The notes under the pieces were generated by a model, which saw only the letters and a program-made list of their open reading frames with translations, searched no databases and had not been told where the DNA came from. A DNA stretch of 47,688 bases from a virus (lineage: Duplodnaviria > Caudoviricetes): the IMG/VR virus record IMGVR_UViG_3300032295_000293, positions 1 to 47,688 of that record; one strand, given 5' to 3'. Of the stretch, positions 9,282 through 18,619 are shown one piece after another. Position 1 is the stretch's first letter; every line of letters begins with the position of its first letter. The position numbers were made by a program, and so were the translations under genes.

Positions 9282-9310
9282 TTGACAATAAATGGACTAT
9301 GATATATAAT
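9282..9310 (+). promoter_or_regulatory. Consensus sigma70 (early) promoter
   Basis: TTGACA (9282-9287), 17 nt, TATAAT (9305-9310). Confidence 0.85.
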
Positions 9311-9338
9311 ACGTTGTACCTTGAAAAACGGAGCTAAA

Positions 9339-10535
9339 ATGGCAACTCGCAAAACTAGTAAGAAAGTAGTAGACACTACAGGCGTCAAAACACTTGACCC
9401 AAAAGACCCCGATACTAAGTATTTTGGGTCAGAACCATTATTTGTCAATCAACCCACGAATCGGAACAGTGATCTAATTCGTTCATTCAATTGGTACAGT
9501 CGATTTTATGGGCGTAAGGACGCAAAAGATTTGATTGTTCAATATCTTGACTTAACCGGCAATGACGGTATCGCTAAAGTCATTCGTAAGGTTGATGAAA
9601 GTAACCTCAATCCAAGTTTGTGTTGGCTAGCCCGACTGACGTTGCGTGGGTTGCAACTCACTGATGAGGAAAATAAACGATTGCAAGATGAAATCAACCG
9701 TCTTGTTAAGAGTGTGACTGATCCTGAATACAAAGAAAGTCAACTCAAGGTTAATAAGAAACCTGAAGTAAAAGTAGAGGTTTCTCGACCCAACGTGCAA
9801 GAAATCATGAAGGAAAAGGCACGTGAAGCCGCAGGTGAAATTGAAGGCATGTTCGATGACTACTTACTTGCAGGTGCAAAGTCTACTTTCAGCTTCAAGC
9901 CAGTAGATGAATTGGCTAAGAAGAATGTATTGCCCCAACATATCTACATTTTCACTGATGCATGGAATCGTAAGCGTAATGAAATCGAAGAAGCAATGCA
10001 GGGTAAGGACTCTCAATTGGTTCAGGCTTATGGTCATTACACCAAGACTCAACTTAAAAACATTCTCAAGTTTATTGACCAGTGTTTGAGCGACTTCAAC
10101 AGTTACGTTTCTATCAAGAAAGCCGCTAAAGCTAAGCCTCGCACACGTAAGGCAGTACCTGTCGAAAAGATTGTAGCTAAACTCAAGTTTATGAAGGTGT
10201 TTAAAGATGCCGCAACAAAGCTTGATTTGATTAGTTTGCATCCGATCAAACTGCACGGTGCTAGCGAAGCATGGGTGTATGATACTGCCAAGCGTAAACT
10301 GCATCACTATCTTGCCGATGAATACTCTAAGACTTTTACAGTCAAAGGTAACACATTGCTAGGGTTTGACAACAATCAAAGTGAAGTCAAAACACTGCGT
10401 AAACCTGCTGAACAACTCAAAGAAATTATGGGTAGCAAGCCGGCCGCACGTAAATACTTCAAAGATATCAAGGCAGTTGCAACTAGCCCTAATGGTAGGT
10501 TCAATGATGCTATGGTAATTCTCAAGGCATTTTGA
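9339..10535 (+). CDS. Hypothetical basic protein, early gene
   Basis: Long Lys-rich ORF; ATG 9339 follows GGAG SD and the sigma70 promoter. Confidence 0.75.
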   Translation: MATRKTSKKVVDTTGVKTLDPKDPDTKYFGSEPLFVNQPTNRNSDLIRSFNWYSRFYGRKDAKDLIVQYLDLTGNDGIAKVIRKVDESNLNPSLCWLARLTLRGLQLTDEENKRLQDEINRLVKSVTDPEYKESQLKVNKKPEVKVEVSRPNVQEIMKEKAREAAGEIEGMFDDYLLAGAKSTFSFKPVDELAKKNVLPQHIYIFTDAWNRKRNEIEEAMQGKDSQLVQAYGHYTKTQLKNILKFIDQCLSDFNSYVSIKKAAKAKPRTRKAVPVEKIVAKLKFMKVFKDAATKLDLISLHPIKLHGASEAWVYDTAKRKLHHYLADEYSKTFTVKGNTLLGFDNNQSEVKTLRKPAEQLKEIMGSKPAARKYFKDIKAVATSPNGRFNDAMVILKAF

Positions 10536-11125
10536 TGACAAAACTTCTGATTTGCGGTGACAGTTTCGCCGCAGATTGGACTGTTAAAGTAAAAGGTGTA
10601 GGTTGGGTCAATCTGCTTGAGCAAGATTACAAGGTAACGAATCTTGCACAAGCAGGTTGTAGCGAATACAAAATCTTAAAGCAATTACAGTCCGTTAATG
10701 TAGACAATTACGATTTGGTGTTAGTGTCGCACACTAGCCCCTTTCGCCTTTATGTGGACGAACACCCTGTTCACAATAAAGATAAGCTACATAAAAATAG
10801 TTGTTTATTGTACAGTGACGTAATGGAGCATTTGCCCAATTACCCTAAATTAAAGCCCGTAGCAGAATACTTTGAACAGTATTTTGATGTAGAATATGCG
10901 GAGCACATACATAATCTGTTGTTGCGTGAGATTGAAGAATTTTGCCCTCACAAAACATTGCATGTCTCACATATAGATTGGAAACATCTACATGAGTTTG
11001 ATAATTTTATAAACTTCAAGGAAGTATTTACAAAACACAGGGGTTCTGTAAATCATTACACCGAAGAAGGAAATCAGATTGTGTATCAATCTGTAGTAAA
11101 CCGTTTGAGAATAATGAATGAGTAA
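10535..11125 (+). CDS. SGNH/GDSL hydrolase-like protein
   Basis: LLICGDSFA (block I), NLAQAGCS (block II), C-terminal NHYTEEGN; TGATG coupling to the upstream gene. Confidence 0.65.
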   Translation: MTKLLICGDSFAADWTVKVKGVGWVNLLEQDYKVTNLAQAGCSEYKILKQLQSVNVDNYDLVLVSHTSPFRLYVDEHPVHNKDKLHKNSCLLYSDVMEHLPNYPKLKPVAEYFEQYFDVEYAEHIHNLLLREIEEFCPHKTLHVSHIDWKHLHEFDNFINFKEVFTKHRGSVNHYTEEGNQIVYQSVVNRLRIMNE

Positions 11126-11879
11126 AAAAATAATGTTGATTGCAGGTGGTAGCGACCCTGCAGGATCTGAGATTGATGGATCATGTGATAGTCCATACAA
11201 TCGGCAGAACAGCTTTGGAAATCTATTAGCACATAAGCTAGGGTACGAACCAGTAAACATTGCAATTGCTGGATCAGCAAATGGCGGTATCGTCAGAAGT
11301 GTCCTAGATTGGTTCAATAACAATTACGATCCATACAGCGAAGTATTTGTGTTGGTTGGCTGGGCTGATGGTATTAGAATGGAAGTTCCCTTCTATCAAA
11401 AGACATGGTACCATCAAGAATGGGATAAACACGTAGATTGGTATAGTCCCACACATGATGACTACATCAGAATTAATATGGGCTACAAAGGTAACGGTCA
11501 TAAAGAACAGGATTTTATTGAAGGCTATCATAGATTCATGGCTGACAACGAGTTGTACCTAGAAATACTCAGTGCAACTTACGCCCTACAATTACAATAC
11601 TTTTTAAAAATGCAGAAAGTAAAGTACTTGTTTGTAAACACTTTATATACCTTTACACAGGATCACCCAACATTGCAATGGTACAAGGATCAGATTGACA
11701 GAAAACGATTCTTAGACTTTGACAATAACAACGAACCGTTCTATTACAAGTATGCTAACTTGGGTTATAAGAACGCAAAAGCACAGTATTATCACCACGA
11801 TGAAGTTCCTCATAAGCTTTACTCGGAACATATTTACGAGTATATTACTAAGAACAAACTACACACCACTTACAAATAA
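11118..11879 (+). CDS. SGNH hydrolase-like protein (GGS variant)
   Basis: LIAGGSDPAG, NIAIAGSANG, VLVGW, C-terminal YHHDEVPHKLYSE. Confidence 0.55.
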   Translation: MSKKIMLIAGGSDPAGSEIDGSCDSPYNRQNSFGNLLAHKLGYEPVNIAIAGSANGGIVRSVLDWFNNNYDPYSEVFVLVGWADGIRMEVPFYQKTWYHQEWDKHVDWYSPTHDDYIRINMGYKGNGHKEQDFIEGYHRFMADNELYLEILSATYALQLQYFLKMQKVKYLFVNTLYTFTQDHPTLQWYKDQIDRKRFLDFDNNNEPFYYKYANLGYKNAKAQYYHHDEVPHKLYSEHIYEYITKNKLHTTYK

Positions 11880-11888
11880 GGAACTAAC

Positions 11889-12329
11889 ATGACACAACAT
11901 ATTGATTTAAACAAATACCAACAATTCGTTGAGGCTGTAACTAGTAAGCCTAGTAATGACTTGACTACATTCCATGATCGACTTGATGATTTGGATAGCA
12001 ACTATGATCCTGCGACTAGTGAACACGGTCCTGATATCAACGTTCCTTTATTATTGACTGCGGCTCTTGGGCTTGCGGCAGAGACAGGTGAATTCTGTGA
12101 GATTCCTAAGAAGATGTTCTTTCAGGGTAAGCCACTAAATGATGAGAATGTCTTTCACATGAAGCGTGAATTGGGTGACGTTATTTGGTACTGGGTCAAT
12201 GCTTGCCGAGCATTAGGCCTTGACCCCAACGAAGTCATTGCTGAGAACGTTCGTAAGCTTGAAGCACGTTACCCAGGTGGTAGTTTTGATGCGAGTTATT
12301 CGGAAAATCGTAAAGCCGGAGATATCTAA
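11889..12329 (+). CDS. mazG: MazG-like nucleotide pyrophosphohydrolase
   Basis: ALGLAAETGEFCEIPKK..HMKRELGDVIWY..NVRKLEARYP. Confidence 0.85.
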   Translation: MTQHIDLNKYQQFVEAVTSKPSNDLTTFHDRLDDLDSNYDPATSEHGPDINVPLLLTAALGLAAETGEFCEIPKKMFFQGKPLNDENVFHMKRELGDVIWYWVNACRALGLDPNEVIAENVRKLEARYPGGSFDASYSENRKAGDI

Positions 12330-12337
12330 AGCGTAAT

Positions 12338-12366
12338 GTTCCTGATAAATACTCAATATCAGGAAT
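12338..12366 (+). promoter_or_regulatory. Late promoter inside an SD-sequestering hairpin
   Basis: TTCCTGAT (12339-12346) pairs with ATCAGGAA (12358-12365, contains SD AGGA); GATAAATA at 12344-12351. Confidence 0.7.
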
Positions 12367-12371
12367 CAACT

Positions 12372-13169
12372 ATGACCGTAAGCGCATTAGCAACCCCAAT
12401 GAGTACACCGTCCGGACTCACACTGGACGAATTAAAAGAAGCATTATTCAACAATATTCGCCTACGTTTGGGCGGCGATATTGTTGATATTGAGTTAGAT
12501 CCTCAGCACTATGAGGCTGCATTTAATTATGCAATAAAATTGTATCGCCAACGAGCGCAAAATGCTACTGTTGAGTCCTACACACTAATGACAGTTATTA
12601 AGAACGTTGATACTTACACACTACCTAGTGAATTTATCAACGTTAGATGTTTGTATCGTAGAACAGTTGGTCTCGAAACTGGTCCTAGCTCTACAAGCTT
12701 TGATCCGTTCTCAAGTGCAATTTTAAACACATACCTATTAAACTATAACTACACCGGTGGCATGGCAACATACGACTTTTATGCAGGTTATGTTGAATTA
12801 GCCGCACGTATGTTCGGTGGTTATGTAAATTATACATTCAACCCCGTCACTAAAGTGCTAAGGGTAGTCCGTGACTTCAAGGGCACAGGTGAACGCATTC
12901 TTGTTTGGGCTGACGTTCAAAGACCAGAAAGTGAACTATTGCAAGACCCCGGTGCTGGTGTTTGGATTGGTGACTTTACTCTAGCAGTTTTAAAGGGCAT
13001 CATCGGAGAAGCACGTGAAAAGTTTGGTAGCATTGCAGGCCCAGGTGGCGGCACAACACTAAACGGTAGTGCAATGAAAGCAGAATCTAAAGCATTGCAA
13101 GAAACACTTATAGAAGATTTACGCAGATACCAAGATTACAGTCAACCGTTAACGTGGATTCAAGGGTAA
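12372..13169 (+). CDS. Neck protein (T4 gp13-like)
   Basis: IRLRLGGDIVDIELDPQHYE..IIGEAREKFGSIAGPGGGTTLNG; start moved to ATG 12372 after AGGA SD. Confidence 0.75.
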   Translation: MTVSALATPMSTPSGLTLDELKEALFNNIRLRLGGDIVDIELDPQHYEAAFNYAIKLYRQRAQNATVESYTLMTVIKNVDTYTLPSEFINVRCLYRRTVGLETGPSSTSFDPFSSAILNTYLLNYNYTGGMATYDFYAGYVELAARMFGGYVNYTFNPVTKVLRVVRDFKGTGERILVWADVQRPESELLQDPGAGVWIGDFTLAVLKGIIGEAREKFGSIAGPGGGTTLNGSAMKAESKALQETLIEDLRRYQDYSQPLTWIQG

Positions 13170-13177
13170 ACTAGTTC

Positions 13178-13223
13178 TTTACTTTTTCATACTCCTGTCA
13201 TATACTAAGTACTTGATAGGAGT
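13178..13223 (+). promoter_or_regulatory. sigma70-like promoter inside an SD-sequestering hairpin
   Basis: TTTACT-17 nt-TATACT (13178-13206); ACTCCTGTCA (13191-13200) pairs with TGATAGGAGT (13214-13223, SD AGGAG) with one G-U. Confidence 0.65.
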
Positions 13224-13229
13224 TTCCAC

Positions 13230-13859
13230 ATGATCTTAGGCGTTACCGGCTTCATCGGTTCAGGTAAAGATACAATCGCTGATTATCTTTGCACATTTCA
13301 CGGGTTTAAAAGATTGAGTTTTGCAGCCAGTCTTAAAGATGCAATCTCTAGTATCTTCGGATGGGATAGAGAAATGTTAGAAGGCACTACAAAAACAAGC
13401 AGAGAATGGCGAGAAGTGGTTGATCCATGGTGGAGTGAACGGCTAGGTCGAGAAATTACCCCACGTTGGGTGCTACAATTTTGGGGTACTGAAGTATGTC
13501 GCAATGGCTTTCATCAAGACATTTGGGTAGCAAGCGTGGAAAACAAACTACGAAGTACCAAAGATAACATCGTTATTACTGATTGCAGATTTATTAATGA
13601 AGTAGAAGCAATTAAACATGCAGGTGGAATCACTTGCCGAGTAGAACGTGGCCCTAAACCTGAATGGTATGAAGATGCGGTCAACGTTAATAAAGGACCT
13701 AGGCAGATTGGGTGGTCTATAGGTAAAAATAGATTAGAAAAACTAAAAATTCATGCCAGTGAATATTCTAGTGTAGGTCTAGAATACGATCACTACATAG
13801 ATAACAATGGAACAATTGATTATTTACATAAACAAATTGAATCAATAATCAACTTGTAA
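13230..13859 (+). CDS. Deoxynucleoside monophosphate kinase (T4 gp1-like)
   Basis: P-loop GFIGSGKDT, SFAASLKD, TPRWVLQFWGTE, VITDCRFINE, HASE. Confidence 0.9.
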   Translation: MILGVTGFIGSGKDTIADYLCTFHGFKRLSFAASLKDAISSIFGWDREMLEGTTKTSREWREVVDPWWSERLGREITPRWVLQFWGTEVCRNGFHQDIWVASVENKLRSTKDNIVITDCRFINEVEAIKHAGGITCRVERGPKPEWYEDAVNVNKGPRQIGWSIGKNRLEKLKIHASEYSSVGLEYDHYIDNNGTIDYLHKQIESIINL

Positions 13860-14195
13860 GTCGCCACGTTTCCAAGTAACTTCTTTTTTCTTTACTACCT
13901 CTACGCAATTCAAACATATTGATCTGAGGTTACTTGGACTAATATTTTCTAGATCACCGTCTACATGAAACACGGTAATCTGACTTGACATAGCACTATG
14001 AAAGCCACATAAATCACATGTGGCTTTTTTCTTGTATCCACTTTTAGACCACAACGTTCTTCTAGGCTTTAGTTTATTTTTCTTTCTACCGCATTCATCA
14101 CATATGCTACGGTAATGTGCAACACGATTGCGGTAGTAATTTATGGCGCAATAATTTTTATTGCACTTGGGGCAGATAGGACGGAGAATGCTCAT
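13842..14195 (-). CDS. Zn-binding HNH-like protein (degenerate HNH motif)
   Basis: CPKC, CDEC, CDLCGF, VFHVDGDLEN..SNLRSICLNC; CTAAATA 4 nt before the ATG. Confidence 0.6.
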   Translation of the reverse strand: MSILRPICPKCNKNYCAINYYRNRVAHYRSICDECGRKKNKLKPRRTLWSKSGYKKKATCDLCGFHSAMSSQITVFHVDGDLENISPSNLRSICLNCVEVVKKKEVTWKRGDLQVDY

Positions 14196-14253
14196 TCTAT
14201 ATTTAGTTAAAAACCTTCGAAGGCACGCTAATCCGGCTTTTTTTAGTAATAAC

Positions 14254-14261
14254 TATAAATA
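14254..14261 (+). promoter_or_regulatory. T4-type late promoter of the tail sheath gene
   Basis: Exact TATAAATA upstream of AAGGA SD and ATG 14316. Confidence 0.75.
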
Positions 14262-14315
14262 CTGATATGCAATTTAGGTGGTAAACCTCATAATTTTACA
14301 TAAAGGAAAAAGAAA

Positions 14316-17300
14316 ATGGCATTAACATCTCCAGGCGTAGAAGTACAAGTAATTGACCAAAGTCAGTATCTTCCAGCCGCACCAGGTTCCGTTCCGTTCG
14401 TTTTACTAGCAACAGCACAAGACAAAGTTGATCCTAACGGTGTCAGTATTGCGGCAGGTACAACAGCAGCCAACGCAAACAAATTATATCAGGTCACAAG
14501 TCAACGTGATCTAGTTACCTTATTTGGTAACCCAACTTTCTATACAAGCAGTAATGGTACTCCTCTACAGGGCTATGAACTTAATGAATACGGTCTATTG
14601 GCCGCTTATTCTGTTCTTGGCGTTACTAATCGCTGTTATGTATTGAGAGCAGACATTGACCTAGCAAGCCTAGTCGGTACAACAGGTCGTCCTGTCGGTT
14701 ACCCCGATGCCGGTACAGTATGGTTAGATACTACAACATCTACATGGGGTATCTATGAATTCAACGCTACAACAGGTAGTTTTGCTTTACAATCCCCTAT
14801 CGTAATTACTGACTCTACTGACATGTCAGGTGGTGTTCCGTTAGTTACAATTGGTAATATTGGCGATTATGCTGTATATGCCGCACCACAAGAAGGTGTT
14901 GCACCAGGTACAGTATATGAATTCTTCTATAAGTTAACTAATAACGTATGGACTACAATCGGTTCTGAAACATGGAGAGAAGATTGGCCTACAATTCAAG
15001 GTACTGAATCTAATCCTGTATTAGACGCAGGCGATACATTCAACATTAACTTTGACGGCGATGTAACGTTTGCTGTTACTGTGCCTAATGCAGGTGGCGG
15101 TATTGGTAACGTAACAGGTGTAGCGGCTGAAATTAACAATTTAGGTTGGACATGGTTATCAGCGGCAGTACGTGATGGTAAGTTGTGCATATTTGAAGCA
15201 TATCCTGAAGGTGACACTTCTCCTGCTCGTTTCTTAACTATTACTGCAGGTTCAGGTACAGTACTTGACGATTTGGGCATAGATGTAGGTACATATTATC
15301 AACCATTATTCACCTGGGGTACAGGAGCTCAACAGCCTTTATGGCAAGCAGGTCAATCAAACCCTCGACCAACAGGTTCAGTATGGATGAAAGTTGGCGG
15401 CACTGGTTTGAATCCAGTTGTTAAAGAATGGTCTAATGTTACTGAAGATTGGGTAACAAAAGAAATTGAATTATCTACATCAGATGCGGCAGTAATTGCT
15501 ACTCTTGATCCTACTGGCGGTCAAGCAATTCCTGCAGGAACTATATATGGTCAGTATAACTTTAACGGTTCTTCAAAGAATACACCTGTGTATTTTTGGA
15601 AAAGAACAGCAACTGGTCCTACTGTAGTTACTGGAACAAATACTGCTCCTGACTTCTCATCATTGAGTCCAGCCGGAACTGGCCCATATTACTTGTATGT
15701 AAACGTGTCTGCTCCTAATTCTAGCACACTGTCTAGTACAACATATACGGTAACTATTGCTGAAGGTGATGATGCGAGTGATTTCATAGTTTCTTGGGCT
15801 AGTGCAGGTATCCCCTACACTACTGCTACTGTTGCAACATCAGGTGCAATTCAAATTACACATACTCAAGGTGGATGTATTGCTATCAGTGATGTATACA
15901 TTTCGGGTGCATACAAAGGTAAGTCAAGCGGTGTTCTAGTAGAAGCCGGAATAATTGCAAGCTCAACTGATAATGTAAAATATTACAACTCAGCAGTGTT
16001 AACATATACAGGTGTTACACAATCAGCAACATCCGGTTCTGGTACAGGTATGCAAATATCAGTTGTAGGTGGTTATGGAGTATATGTTCCATTGCAAGCA
16101 CCAACATCCGGTGGTAGTGGTTATGTAGCCGGTGAACTAGTCACTTTCCCTGGTGGAAGCTTAGGTGGTACTACTGGTGCAAATAATATGATCGTTGAGG
16201 TTTTGGCAGTTGATGGTGGTGGTGGCGCAACAGCGATAACATACATCTCAGGCACATCAAATGCTCAGTATAGTGTATTGTTGTCTAACTGGGCAGAATT
16301 CACATATACTGCAAATGAAGGTGCTCCTGTAGCAAATCCTCCTAACAACACAAATTGGTTCTACAGTGTTGTTGATGAAGTTGATATTATGATTAACTAC
16401 AACGGCAACTGGAAAGGTTATAAGAATCAAAACTATGACTTGAACGGTTTCCCAACACCAACTGGTTCTAACACAACTGATCCTGCAGGTCCAATCGTAA
16501 GTGCTACTCAGCCAACAACTCAGAGTGACGGCACTGCATTAGTTTTTGGTGACTTGTGGATCAGCACAGCTAATCTAGAAACTTATCCGGTAATTTATCG
16601 TTGGCAGTCAGTCAGTGGTGAAAGCCAGTGGGTATTGATTGACAATACAGATCAAACTAATCCAGAAGGTATTGTGTTCGCTGACGCACGTTGGGCAACT
16701 AACGGCACAACAAGTGTTACGGACGATCCGATTCCAACAATCACTAGTTTATTAACAAGTAACTACTTAGATATAGATGCAATCGATCCGGCATTATATC
16801 CAACAGGTATGTTGTTGTTCAACACACGCCGTTCAGGTTACAACGTTAAACAATTCAAAGAAAACTATTTTAGCAACGCTAACTTCCCAGGTGAGTCTCT
16901 ACCAACAGAAAGAGATGCATGGGTTTCAGTAAGCGGTCTACAGTCAAACGGTGCTCCATTCATGGGTCGTCAAGCTCAACGTGCTATGGTAGTTGAAGCA
17001 CTACGTGCGGCAATCGACACTAACACAGACCTACGTGATGAAGATAACTTCTTCAACTTGATGGCTACTCCTAACTATCCAGAATTACAACCTAACATGG
17101 TTGTATTGAATAGTGATCGTGGTGAAACAGGTTACATCTTGGGTGACACCCCAATGGGCCTAAGTGACAGTGCTACTGACATTCAAGCATGGGCAACTAA
17201 CGCCGCAGGTGCTACAAGCACAGGTGAAACAGGTTGCGTAACACGCAATACATATTTGGGTCTATTCTATCCAAGTGGTATTACAAGTGATTTAAGTGGT

Positions 17301-17906
17301 AACTTAGTTGCTGTTCCTGCATCACACATGATGCTAAGAACATTCATCAGAAACGATACAATCGCTTATCCTTGGTTAGCGGCTGCAGGTACACGCCGTG
17401 GTATCATTGATAATGCGGCAAACATAGGCTATGTCAATAGAACTACTGGTGAATTCCAAGTAATCAAGACACGCTTAGGTATTCGTGATGTTCTATACGT
17501 TAACTTCATTAACCCACTAGTGTTCTTCACTGGTCAAGGTCTATTGAATTACGGTAACAAGACAAGCTTTAACTCTAGCTCTGCATTAGACAGAACTAAC
17601 GTTGCTCGTCTAGTCGCTTATATGCGTAGACAGTTGACATTGGCAGGTCGTCCATACGTGTTCGAACCTAACGATGGCTTCACAAGAGGTCAGATCGCTA
17701 ACACTATCGAGTCATTGTGCTTAGACCTAGTTGCAAAACGTGGTATCTATGACTATCTAGTTGTTTGCGATGAAAGCAATAACACACCAGCACGTATCGA
17801 TAGAAACGAGCTATGGGTTGACGTTGCAATCGAACCTGTTAAGGCAGCTGAATTCATTTACATCCCAGTACGTATTTTGAATACAGGTGAGTTATCAGGA
17901 GCATAA
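14316..17906 (+). CDS. Tail sheath protein (T4 gp18-like) with large insertions
   Basis: N-terminal LTSPGVEVQVIDQSQY; C-terminal YPWLAAAGTRRG, INPLVFF, SALDRTNVARL, VFEPND, YLVVCDESNNTPARIDRNELWVDVAIEPVKAAEFIYIP. Confidence 0.95.
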   Translation: MALTSPGVEVQVIDQSQYLPAAPGSVPFVLLATAQDKVDPNGVSIAAGTTAANANKLYQVTSQRDLVTLFGNPTFYTSSNGTPLQGYELNEYGLLAAYSVLGVTNRCYVLRADIDLASLVGTTGRPVGYPDAGTVWLDTTTSTWGIYEFNATTGSFALQSPIVITDSTDMSGGVPLVTIGNIGDYAVYAAPQEGVAPGTVYEFFYKLTNNVWTTIGSETWREDWPTIQGTESNPVLDAGDTFNINFDGDVTFAVTVPNAGGGIGNVTGVAAEINNLGWTWLSAAVRDGKLCIFEAYPEGDTSPARFLTITAGSGTVLDDLGIDVGTYYQPLFTWGTGAQQPLWQAGQSNPRPTGSVWMKVGGTGLNPVVKEWSNVTEDWVTKEIELSTSDAAVIATLDPTGGQAIPAGTIYGQYNFNGSSKNTPVYFWKRTATGPTVVTGTNTAPDFSSLSPAGTGPYYLYVNVSAPNSSTLSSTTYTVTIAEGDDASDFIVSWASAGIPYTTATVATSGAIQITHTQGGCIAISDVYISGAYKGKSSGVLVEAGIIASSTDNVKYYNSAVLTYTGVTQSATSGSGTGMQISVVGGYGVYVPLQAPTSGGSGYVAGELVTFPGGSLGGTTGANNMIVEVLAVDGGGGATAITYISGTSNAQYSVLLSNWAEFTYTANEGAPVANPPNNTNWFYSVVDEVDIMINYNGNWKGYKNQNYDLNGFPTPTGSNTTDPAGPIVSATQPTTQSDGTALVFGDLWISTANLETYPVIYRWQSVSGESQWVLIDNTDQTNPEGIVFADARWATNGTTSVTDDPIPTITSLLTSNYLDIDAIDPALYPTGMLLFNTRRSGYNVKQFKENYFSNANFPGESLPTERDAWVSVSGLQSNGAPFMGRQAQRAMVVEALRAAIDTNTDLRDEDNFFNLMATPNYPELQPNMVVLNSDRGETGYILGDTPMGLSDSATDIQAWATNAAGATSTGETGCVTRNTYLGLFYPSGITSDLSGNLVAVPASHMMLRTFIRNDTIAYPWLAAAGTRRGIIDNAANIGYVNRTTGEFQVIKTRLGIRDVLYVNFINPLVFFTGQGLLNYGNKTSFNSSSALDRTNVARLVAYMRRQLTLAGRPYVFEPNDGFTRGQIANTIESLCLDLVAKRGIYDYLVVCDESNNTPARIDRNELWVDVAIEPVKAAEFIYIPVRILNTGELSGA

Positions 17907-17917
17907 TTTATTAAGTA

Positions 17918-17933
17918 GCGCCCTTCGGGGCGC
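17918..17933 (+). terminator. cUUCGg tetraloop hairpin between sheath and tube genes (weak terminator or RNA-stabilising stem)
   Basis: GCGCCC-TTCG-GGGCGC with no U-tract; followed by late promoter GATAAATA at 17944-17951. Confidence 0.55.
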
Positions 17934-17973
17934 ACTAATAAAAGATAAATAAGATTAACAGGAGAAATACAAA

Positions 17974-18609
17974 ATGGCAACAGCCTCTCAATCATTAAAC
18001 AACTTCTCAGTAGCAGGCGGTCAAGACCTTAGCCCTGCAAACGGTACGTTGTTGATGCCAAAATTACAATACAGATTCCGTGTGTTGTTTCTCAACTTTG
18101 GTTTGGGTGACGCACAAGAACTAACAAGACAAGTTGTTGATTGCACACGACCTAACGTTCAGTTTGCAAAAATTACTCTTCCAGTATATAACTCAACAAT
18201 ATACATGGCAGGTAAGCACACATGGCAACCAATGAACATTAACATTCGTGACGATGCAGGTGGCAACGTTGCTAGAGCAGTTGGTGAACAACTACAAAAG
18301 CAACTTGACTTCTTAGAACAAGCAAGTGCGGCATCTGCTAGCGATTATAAGTTCAGCGCATACATTGAAATGCTCGATGGCGGTAACGGTACGAATGATC
18401 CAGTCATTCTAGAACGTTGGGAACTATATGGTTGCTACTTAGAATCAGTCAACTATAATGCTCTAAACTATAGTACATCTGAAGATATCAAAATTGCGAT
18501 GACAATCCAATTTGATAACGCAGTTCAAGTTGCACCTGGCACTGACGGCGGATTCATAGAAGTACAACGTGGTGATCCAGTTGGAACCGCAACGTCCGTA
18601 GGTACTTAA
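17974..18609 (+). CDS. Tail tube protein (T4 gp19-like)
   Basis: Directly after the sheath. PKLQYRFRV, VDCTRPNV, AGKHTWQPMNINIRDD, WELYGCY, IQFDNA. Confidence 0.85.
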   Translation: MATASQSLNNFSVAGGQDLSPANGTLLMPKLQYRFRVLFLNFGLGDAQELTRQVVDCTRPNVQFAKITLPVYNSTIYMAGKHTWQPMNINIRDDAGGNVARAVGEQLQKQLDFLEQASAASASDYKFSAYIEMLDGGNGTNDPVILERWELYGCYLESVNYNALNYSTSEDIKIAMTIQFDNAVQVAPGTDGGFIEVQRGDPVGTATSVGT

Positions 18610-18619
18610 TACTTAACGT

